Assembly (NCBI RefSeq): GCF_021869535.1
Contig: NW_026262593.1
Location: 47,616,001 to 47,680,000, forward strand
DNA: 64,000 nucleotides
Origin: Mytilus californianus
Lineage: Eukaryota
Direction: 5' to 3'
Shown here: in pieces, positions 1 to 10,900 of the stretch
How the letters are laid out: the number at the start of each line of letters is the position of its first letter
Numbering within the stretch: the first letter of the stretch is position 1
Translations under genes and position numbers: made by a program
The notes under the pieces: model-generated
Seen by the model: the letters and a program-made list of their open reading frames with translations, nothing else
What the model was told of the DNA's origin: nothing
The model's database searches: none

Positions 1-69
1 TACACTTAACAAATTGTCAAAGGCATCTGGTAGTAGTCCACTGCATTTTTCACAAAGACGCACAAAAGC

Positions 70-633
70 ATAAAAAGATTTAATAATAGCTCCAGTTATG
101 CTGCTGATACCATTCCGAAATAAGTTTTGTGTCAAAACTCTACTGCTAAGCTTGTTAAACGCTTTTCGACAGTCAACAAATGTGAAGTGCAGTTTTGTTT
201 TATCTTTAGTTGGCGAATATGCACAATTATGCCATAAGAACAAAAATAGCACCAACAGTTGTGTTTCCAGGCCGGAAACGAAATAGATTGTCCCTAAATA
301 TATCTTCGATTTTGGACCACAAGTAATCGAGTTGTCAGGACGGACATGAACAGTCCGTATAAGGCAATTACTAAAATGATGGGACGATAGTTATCAAGGT
401 CGGTTAAATCTTCATTTTAGGAACAGCAAAATCATTATTCCAGATGTCGGGAAAAGTTCATTTGCAAAAATATAATTGTATAATTTTTTCAAAATCGGAC
501 CAAAAATTTTCAGTTTACTCCTTATAAGAGTAAGTGTCCTAATTGATCCCTTTAAAATCACATTTTCATTTTGGCTAGTATCTTCAAATTTTAATAGATA
601 GTGGAAATTGTAAGCAACAATTTTGATCAGCAA
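70..633 (-). mobile_element. Decayed non-LTR retrotransposon reverse transcriptase fragment
   Basis: Minus-strand translation gives RT motifs in the expected order, with stops and frameshifts: PILKKLYNYIFANELFP (ORF 412-633), DNYRPI (~381-395) and TFVDCRKAF (~159-185; cf. FVDFxKAFD). Confidence 0.7.
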
Positions 634-1654
634 TATACACTCTACAAATACATAAACATGACCGAAATGGACAGTTGACCTCTTGAAGTAGTAGTTACCC
701 TAGGATGACAGTTTTTACTCTGTTTTCTTTTTTACCTTAAAAGAACTATAATAAACAGAGAGAAAAACTAAAAATATGAGCCACTTTAATCTTTTGCGAT
801 AAAGGTCAAAAGAAATATTAGAGTGGCATGTTTTTGCCAGATGGTGTAATAAGGCTCTCACCAGCCTCTTGTTCCTCATTGTTGGAAAGATTTTACTGTG
901 TGAAGCAATCTCGGAATAATTGTAAACCAATCAATATAATAGTTGCTTTAAGAATTTAAAATGCATATGTGATACAGCGATTAAACAGAATTTCTCAACA
1001 AAGTATATATTTAGTATTATAAATGAGAGATGGAGCCATATCAGCTATTGTGTATCACAAGTTACGACAATTAAAATTAATCTTTGTCAAAATGCAGTAT
1101 CTAGTTTAAAATGTAGGTAATGACTGCTTATCGTTCTTTTTCCTATTTTTGTGATTTTTGGCATAAACTATAGTAGATAAAGAAAAAAAGTATATAAATA
1201 TTTTAATAAATAAAAAACGAACTACAGATACGTCGACTCCTCATAGCAGTTTTTTTTATCCTTCGAATGACAATTTTTACCCACTTTAGTGGTGATGTTG
1301 AAATTATAAATAATAAGTATATAAAGCTAAAATGGAAATAAAAGAAATGATCGGCAGGACAAGATCTAACAAATATTTGCTGATTTTCTTAAAACAATCT
1401 TGAACTTAATAAAAATTAAAAACCGAACCACGCTTGTATATATATATATACATAATTGCGAGAGATCAAATGATTAAAATTATATCCAAAAACAAAAATT
1501 TCTTCATTATATTAATGTCTTTTTGAATAATAATACGAAAACGTTAAGACACTAAGTGTTAGCGCTTTCAGTATTGTTGCAGAAATTTTCGGAAATATGA
1601 AATGTAAGTAATGGATACTAAATCAGTTTTTGCCTTTTATGTGTTTAATTTTAG

Positions 1655-1954
1655 GTATACCATATGACATCAAAAAAGAAAGGAAAATTTCTAAGTATTT
1701 CGAATGTTCAGTGTACACAACAGACCACAGAAGAAAAATCACCAGATGATTCCAAGTCCAAAAAGTGCACAGAAGAAAAATCACCAGATGACTCCAATTT
1801 CAAAAAGTGCACAGAAGAAAAATCACCAGATGATTCCAAGTCCAAAAAATGCACATCATGTGTAGACTTTGATAAAACTGCTATATTTCAACTATTCAAG
1901 CATGTACAGTATGAATCACAAAGTACTGATGCACGGAGAGACGTTTCAGGAGAT
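1655..1954 (+). CDS. Paralogue 1 exon A (start of large subunit, beta1 and expanded loop)
   Basis: TTTTAG acceptor ends at 1654 and GTATGT donor starts at 1955; phase 0-0. Encodes VYHMTSKKKGKFLSISNVQC...DFDKTAIFQLFKHVQYE...SGD. Confidence 0.85.
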
Positions 1955-4900
1955 GTATGTTAATGTTAAATATATAGGATCAAAGTTTTTACAACGTAAA
2001 GAACTTAAAGGGTGTCATAAAAATCAGTTCAGTTACATACAAAATAAAAAAAGCCAAGGATTAACACATAAATTGCCTTTCTTTGACTAATTATCTCAGT
2101 GCGGCCTTCAACACAAAACAGGTGGTCCCAACTTTCTGCAAGTTTCCGATGGAATTTGGCACAATTTCAAGCCCAAGATAATAAACGAATAATAAGATAA
2201 CTATAGTTGGTTTCAGGGATCAACACAAGGTCTACATGTCTGTTGGACAGGGTTCACCAGACCTTGGTCTCATTTCATGGAGAAATGATCAATGTTATGT
2301 TTCGGTGGTTAAGCCCGTATATGAAAACCTTTAAGCAGTAGGTCATATTCATCATGTATATTTGGTGTAAGGAATGATTGAAAGATATATATGTCTGTTT
2401 GGCAATGTTCATCTGACCTTTACCTCATTGTCATGATTCATTGGTCAATGTAAAAAATGATTTATGATACTGTTACCAAAGTTGAACTAATTTTGTGAAT
2501 GAATTTATTATAGGGGGTGCACATCTATTTTACATAGTTCATATTACCTCGATCTTATTTTCATGGATTATTTGTAGTAAAACCTTTATTTATAAACATA
2601 AATTCAATCATGACACGATCAGTCAAATATTCAAAACATCTCGTCTCGTGCATCTTGTTTTAATAAAGGACTTCTACTTGCCATGTAACCACTACAATAA
2701 CTAGGAATTAAGTAAAAACGCAATTTCGGGATCAACGTGCTATCTGCATATGAATAGTGAAATGTGAGGTGTGTGTTTGAAGAACAATAAAACAATATGT
2801 AATTGGTTTACTGTGAAACAATGTCAGCACCTGTCTTTTGGTGAATACTGTGTTTCTCTGACTATTAATGAAGCCTTTATACTGAATCCATTTGATGTTG
2901 GACGTGTACTGATTGATATTTTAGGCTTAGATACACCAATTGTGTCAGATAACCAACTATGATAATTCGACTGAGTATGCCATTGGATTTGGTTGGCAGG
3001 TAATGCATACGTATCAGTGGAATTTTACCCTATCAACAACCCGGTTCGCACCTTCGGATTTCATTAGATTCCATCATGTTTTACTTTGATTTGTATATTT
3101 CTTATTGATTACTGAATTTTGAAACATCGGTAAACTACTGTTGCCATTAGTTAAGTCAAGTTCTATTAGCGATAATCATCAGCCATACTCCTGCAGTGGC
3201 TTTTAATGTTTGTCTTGTCGAGAACAAAACCACTCAAAGGAGACTATACATATTTATCAACAGGTTAGCTCCTAACTATCCTACTGCCTGTCGATACGTT
3301 TATTTTGGCATTGCACAAGTCACGTCTTCTTAGACTGTCCATGACGTTAAAACACTAAATCCCTGGGATGTGTTTTAGTTGATTTTAGTCTCTGATGCAT
3401 GATTTTTTTAATTATTAATTGTTTTTGGGTTTTAACTAGCTTTCATTAACTGCGAGTACTCTCAAATCGTACTTTCGTGTTAATTTGATCTGTTGATACA
3501 ATTTATAATGTATTTTTGTTATTCAATGTTTACTTATTCAGTGTTATATCTAGTCTCACTATTTTTAATATATACCACCTTTGATAAGTGTTTAGTATGA
3601 CGATAAATTTTCACTTTTGTTCTCGTACTAGGTACAACAAAATTATTTATTTTGTAAAAATTATTTCCGTACTCCATGTTTACCTTACAAAAAAAATATT
3701 TTTATTTACCTGTGTACGTTATTTTAACATCCAATCCCCTTGTTTTATTAATTCTGTATTTACATTGTGTCATAGATCAAATTTATTCGTTCAGTGTATG
3801 TTCACTTGTTTTTGTTAATATGTCTTTTGATTGAGTTAAGCCATTTCAATTGATATTTAATAGTGTGTCTTTCTATGTTGTGATGTTACACTATTGTTTC
3901 AGGTAGGTTGAATGTTGGCGCCTATTAAAACGTTTAAACCCGCTGCATTTGTTTGCACCTGTCCTAAGTCAGGAATCTGATGTTCAGTAGTTGTCGTTTG
4001 TTGATGTGGTTCATAAATGTTTCTCGTTTCTCGTTTTTTATATGGATTAGACCGTTGGTTTTCCTGTTTGAATGGTTTTACACTAGTCATTTTTGGGGCC
4101 CTTTATAGCTTGCTGTTCGGTGTGAGCCAAGGCTCCGTGTTGAAGGCCGTACTTTTCCTATAATGGTTTACTTTTACAAATTGTGACTTGGATGGAGAGT
4201 TGTCTCATTAGAACTCATACCACATCTTCTTATATATATATATTAAACATGCTGCTTCCTCCTTCTATGGCGTCAACAATTGTTAACGTGTTTTATTAGT
4301 TAGTAAAGGCAAGACACATCTCTGTGTAAACAGTTTATTTGTTATGACCAATCTTTCGTAGAACTCGGTTTGAGTTATCCTTGTGTGATCACGTATTAAC
4401 GTTGTGTTTTTGTTGTCACCTTCGTACGAACAACCGAAAGAAAAAATGCAATTAATTGTCCAATATTTAAAAAAACAACAGAAAAAGGAGAGAAAATCTT
4501 ATTAACAAAAATGCAAGGAATGTGAAATTTAGCTATTTACCGTGTAAACTAAAGCTATTGTTTCTAGATATTCTTTCTTTTCATAACTTGTTTAGATGTA
4601 TGTTTTTCATAATCACGAAACTGAATCTATGAAGACATTTAGTGGTCAATTGTAAAACGTTCTTATATGGTCTTTTTTCTCCCAATATTATTAAACGAGA
4701 TGGCTTCTATTGTACATTAATATCGTAGTGAAAATACATTTTGCTACATTCTTATCTACAAAAAAAACTTCGAAAAAAATATACCTAAATAATTTTCCAA
4801 ATGTTAGACTATGTGTTGATGCAACTTTACATTCAGCAACTCAACCAATATGTCACTTAACCATATTAAACAAAGGGGTTCATGTATATAGTTTTATAAA

Positions 4901-7900
4901 ACAATCGTAGTTTTGGACAAACCAAATATGTAGAAAAATTCATTAAATGTATATTGTAAATCCATCAACAGTGTCAGATATTTGCTTATTTTAGTTATTG
5001 CCTTTTAATGAAAATTTAAAATGAACTTTTAACGGTTTTGGTTATTATCTTAATTATAGAATAACTAATCGAAGAATTCAAATAGAGAAAAATATTCAAC
5101 GAGTGACCGAACAACGCATTAATTCCCGAATGCGCGTAGCGCATGAGTTAATTATCAGTGTTGTTCGGTGACGAGTTGAATATTTTTCGATATTTGAATT
5201 CTTTGATTAGTTATTCTTTTTATTACATTGGCAAATGGCTTTTTTTAATAAAATTAATGTAGAAAATGTAAGGAACTATATCTTTTTTCTACGCATTCAC
5301 AATTTGTTTTGATCCGACGTTATCGACGTCTTGACAACGCCTATTGTTGTGTGACGTCAGAGAGTGAAATAACCACGTTTATTTCACATGTGAAATTATC
5401 GGTTTTTATTTGACTGGGAAATCAATGTAATGCATTGCTACCAATGTAATAAATATCAATAATGGAAATACAATGACTGTTCTTTGCAAAAGTAATAAAC
5501 ATAGCGTCAGTTGTTGTACTTCAAAGGTGATTTTTCACATATTTTTAACAGGATATGAAGAAGTTCCTTGACGAACATTTAAACAACACAGAAAATTCAA
5601 CTTTTGATAGCTTAGTTGTGGTAATCCTCTCTGGAGGCGTTGCATATAAACCAGGTGAAATATATGATAAAGATGGCAAAAAAATCCAAATGGAAGAAAT
5701 ACTTGAAATCTTTCGAAAATCAAAAGCTTTTAAAAACAAACCAAAAATCGTCATCATTAGGACATACAGTTTTGAAGGTATATAAACTAAGCATTTAATT
5801 ATATGGTTTGTAAATGTTATTATTATGTTATTTTATTTATTTTAGTTAAATGCTCAAAGATTTTGTTTCTGAAATTATCTGGAAATCATATCCATGTCAG
5901 TTTTTCACTGCGTTAATTGGCTGATATCAAAGGCGTCAGTTTTCTTGAAATTAGACTAATAATATTATGCTATCATTTATCATTTTAAACTTGACATATT
6001 TGTGATAATTGAACACTTAATAATTCTTAAAATAAATTCTGGATTCGATATTACGCATTTTTAGAAATAGTTTATCTGTTTAGATTTTCGAACCACTAAG
6101 TGTTTGAAGAAATATATTTTTAAGCTAGAAAACGTTGAATCATTTCAGCCGTTGAAAAAACAGGAAGTCCTGATACATTTTTGAACAATTGTATATCATG
6201 TGAATTATATACGTACAAGATTGTTGTAAATTATTTCATATCATTCCATTGTAGGTCAGTTCTACATAATATAATATTTAAAAAGGGATGGAATTAAAGG
6301 ACAATATTTATTATTTTAGATAAACTGTGTGTTTTTTTCATTTTTGTAGAAGAAACAGAAACATCTGATGTCCTAGACGCTGAAAAGGCTGATCTTCCTT
6401 TCTACAAAACAGAACCAAATAAGGATGATCTATTTGTGGTGTCATCTCAACCAAGGACAAGTACGGATTATTTTTGTTATTATATGACTGTAATAGACAG
6501 GATGAATTATCCTGATTTATGGGCTGCAATATTCCCTTTGTACATCCATCTACAGATAGTACAACAAAAATTCTTACAAGCAAATTTGATAAAATTTGAT
6601 AAAATTTGTTAGAATATTTTAATTGGGTGAGAAATTCTCCTCTTCTATTTTTATAATTTATTTCCATTTGCTTTATTCGCGAGATAACGGACTTTTATAT
6701 TTTCTTAGTATAATATATCTTCGATCTTCGATCTTTTGACTTGAAACTTTATATATTTTTGGAATGGTGAATGAAGGCATGAATTTGATTTTTCAAAATG
6801 TTCTAGCTGTCATTGCTGAGCTATACAAATTTAATGGTCAGATTGACGTCAATTTTCCACATGTCGTCCACTAACTCGATTATGCTGAAATCAATTTTCC
6901 TGAAAATGTACACTTTTGTTTAGGATTAGCGGAAGCAACTTATCCATATTATTCCTTGATATTGTACTAAAGCCTATTATATCAGGCATTTGTTTCACAT
7001 GTTAAGCACTCACTGCAGCAAGTATGCTTGGGTCAATGTCCTTTAAACATACCATTATTGTTAAAATTGCTTAAAGTAAGCGTCCTTTGAATTTTAAAAA
7101 TAATTAAGATTTTTGATACTTTTGTTGTTTTGGAAATAATTTAGTTATTTTTATTTCAGAGAAATAAACATTATCATCAAGTTAAAGGCAATTTTTGTAC
7201 GTTTAAGTATAACCTCGTGATTTCTTTTATGCAGGACTGTTTTTCTTACTTTTGATTTTAATGCCTTCTACAAAATTCCATTTTATTAGCGCATTAATTT
7301 TAATATGCATATTTATTATTGTAAAAATATTTCTTTTCTCCTTTTAAACTGTATACCTAACAACAAAATTATTTTCATTTACCTGTGTATAATATTGTGA
7401 ATGGCGGATTTTTGTTCAAGATAATTGTTGTTTTTCTGAAATTGTTTAACATTTCACAGCGGTATAATACTGTTACTTTAATTATTAATCCCTTATTTTA
7501 TTGATTTTGTATTTACATTGTATCATAGATCAAATTTATTCGTTCAGTGTATGTTCACTTGTATTAATATATCTTTTGATTGAGTTAAGCCATTTCAATT
7601 GATATTTTATAGTGTGTCTTTCTATGTTGTGATGTTACACTTTTGTTTCAAATAAGGGTGAAGGTTTGGTACCACTAAAACGTTTAAACCCGCTGCTATT
7701 GTTTGCACCTGTCCTAAGTCAGGAATCTGATGTTCAGTAGTTGTCGTTTGTTGATGTGGTGTATAAGTGTTTCTCGTTTTTCATTTTTTATATAGATTAA
7801 ACCGTTGGTTTCCCCGTTTGAATGGTTTTACACTAGTAATTTTTGGGGCCCTTTATAGCTTGCTGTGCGATGTGAGCCAAGGCTCCGTGTTGAAGACCGT

Positions 7901-10900
7901 ACTTTGACCTATAATGGTTTACTTTTATAAATTGTGACTTCATTGGAGAGTTGTCTCATTGGCACTCATACCACATCTTCTTATATCTATTATCTTTATA
8001 ATTATTACCATTTCACACGTCATGATATGGAAGCAAGCAAAGAAGAGTAAGCGACCTGTTTATCTGTCAAAGAACTTAATTTATTTTGTTACAGATTAAT
8101 GCACCTGATACATAATTGACCATGATTGCCCATCGTAAAAACTTGAATGTAGCTACGTATAATAAAACAGTTAAGCTAGAGGCATTATGTTTACCTATGT
8201 AAGATAACCTGATACCCACCTTTTTTGTATTAAAATCCTTTGACATACGCTAGTGAGTAAGCGTAGGATGTAAAGTACTACTGAGCATAACGACTTCACA
8301 TGTGTGCAGCTGCTTGCCAGTGATTAGTTGTAATGTGTGAAAACTTTTCAGATCTCTCAGACACCTATTCCATTTCTTTCCGTATTATGAATTACGATTG
8401 GAGTATACTCAGCACGACTGTTTGAATCAGCATGAATAGTTTATCTATAAAGTCCAAATACTATTTCTATTATTTAAAATTAAAGTGAATTTAAAATGCT
8501 GTAATCTAGTATCAATTTAGAATAACAACATCAATGTCTATCAAATATAAAATACTGATACATTTGGACTTTATTATTTTTCATTTCAGAAAAAGGACCA
8601 TGGATCATAGGAGACCACATGAATGGATCTTACTTTATACAAGCTTTTATTCATGTCTTCAAGAATATGGCACATGAACAATCATTCATGGACATGATGA
8701 TACAGGTAATGATGCAAACAGTGTTTTGATATACTTAAAAGATTGCACCTCCCCTTTCGGAATTTACATTGGAGTTCGGTATTTTTGTTATACTTTTTCA
8801 TAGTTGTGTACTCAAACCTGACAGTGTATCTTTTTCTGTAGGAAAACTTTGAAGTGCCTAAAATATTTCACATATGAGTTCAACATCTAGCGCATTTTTA
8901 TAACAGTTTGCAGGTCAATACGCTTGGTGATTCTACCCGAAATTGGATCAAACCAAAAATTGTAAATTAATATATCCTGCGTTTCGACTATATATGCAGA
9001 ATTAAGAAGGAATAGCAAAAAATGGTTAAAATAATGTGTCCGGATAAAGGGGCATATTTTCCTGAGCTATTTGCTTCATTGGGAGTTAGCAGGTTGATCA
9101 TGCAGGTTATGGTTTTGGACTAGTGCGTGCAAAACATTCCTACCCTATATCAACACGATATAAACATGATAAACGAAATATTTGCCACTAAGGTTACAAA
9201 CAAAGCTATTAATCCTTCTAACCATGATTGGCGACAAAAGTTGTCTTAAAGGAGCTTTGTGATATTTTAAAGTCGCAGGTAAATTTAAATTTTACTAATT
9301 AAACATTAGACATTTTGTGTGTGACATGTTGCATAGAAACTTGTCTATATTAAATACCTTATTTTGATCTCTTAATGACTAGTTTGTGTGTTGTTAGGTT
9401 GCTTTCACATAAGCATATACCTCATTCTTTTTTATTCATATAAATAAAAAGAAATTATAACAAGAAATGATTGTAACAGGATGCTGTTACGAAGCCTCCC
9501 AAACGAAGCTCCCATAATTCGTCATTCCTATGGTCGCCTGACATTGGGTAAAGTCCAGTACATATTGGTTTGGGCCAGTAAAGTGATATGCATTAGTGAC
9601 GCCTAGGAACTGACCCTGCATGTCATTCAAATCTATGTGAAATGACGAACAGGAATATATATAGTTTAGGGGTGGGCATCTCGACCATTTACAAGATATA
9701 AGAACATTTGGATTGGAGTGACCCCTGGGGACTGACCCTATATATCATTCAAATCTTTGTGACATGACGATCAGGAATATATATGGTTTACGGGTGGGGA
9801 TCTCGACCATTTACAAGATATTAGAACATTTGGGGTTGGGAGAACCCCTGGGGACTGACCCTATATATTATTCAAATCTTCGGAACATGACATACAGAAA
9901 TATATATGGTTTAGGGGTGGGGATCTCAACCATTGTCCAAGATATTATAACATTCTGGGTGGGGGGAAACCCTTGGGGACCTTTCCTATATATCATTCAA
10001 ATCTTCATGACATGACAAACAAGTATATATATGGTTTAGGGGTGGGGATCTCGACCATTAACAAGATATTTGAACATATTCACAGACTGGGGGTGGGGAT
10101 GACCCCTTGGGTCTTACCATGTTTATCATTTAAATCATCTTGGCATGACAAACCAGCATATATAAAGTTTAGGGGTAGGGATCCTGACCACTTACAAGAT
10201 ATTAGAACTTTTTTAAATGGCAGGGGGTCGGGACGACCCCTGGGGACTAACCCTGTTTATCATTCAAATCTTCTCGGCCTGACAAACCAGAATATATATG
10301 GTTTAGGGGTGGGGATCTTGACCACTTACAAAATATGAGAATTTTCTCAAATGCAGGGGTTGGGGATAACCCCTGGGGATTAACCCTGTATTTCATTTGA
10401 TGTGCTTATTATGACAAACCAAAATATATATGGTTTAGGGGTGGGGATCTTGACCACTTCCAAGATATTAAAACTTTCTCTAATGGCAGGGGGTCGGGTA
10501 GACCCCTGGGGACTAACCCTGTTTATCATTCAAATCTTCTCGGCATGACAAACCAGAATATATATGGTTTAGGGGTGGGGATCTTGACCACTTACAAGAT
10601 ATTAGAACTTTCTCAAATGTCAGGGGGTTGGGACGACCCCTGGGGACTAACCCTGTCTATCATTCAAATCATCTCGACATGACACACCAGAATATATGTG
10701 GTTTAGGGGTGGGGATCTTGACCACTTCCAAGATATTAGAACTTTCTCAAATGGCAGGGGGTGGGGATGACCCCTGGGGACTAACCCTGTTTATCATTCA
10801 AATCATCTCGGCATGACAAACCAGAATATATATGGTTTAGGGGTGGGGATCTTGACCACTTCCAAGATATTAGAACTTTCTCAAATGGCAGGGGGTTGGG

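Noticed and set aside
6338-6667. 109-aa minus-strand ORF
   Set aside because: Antisense shadow over exon C and AT-rich intron; no recognisable motif.
8914-8970. Alternative terminal exon for paralogue 1 (CAG|VNTLGDSTRNWIKPKIVN*)
   Set aside because: The in-phase acceptor and VN start may be chance. It lacks the FFPG strand that 13064-13240 provides and has no paralogous counterpart.
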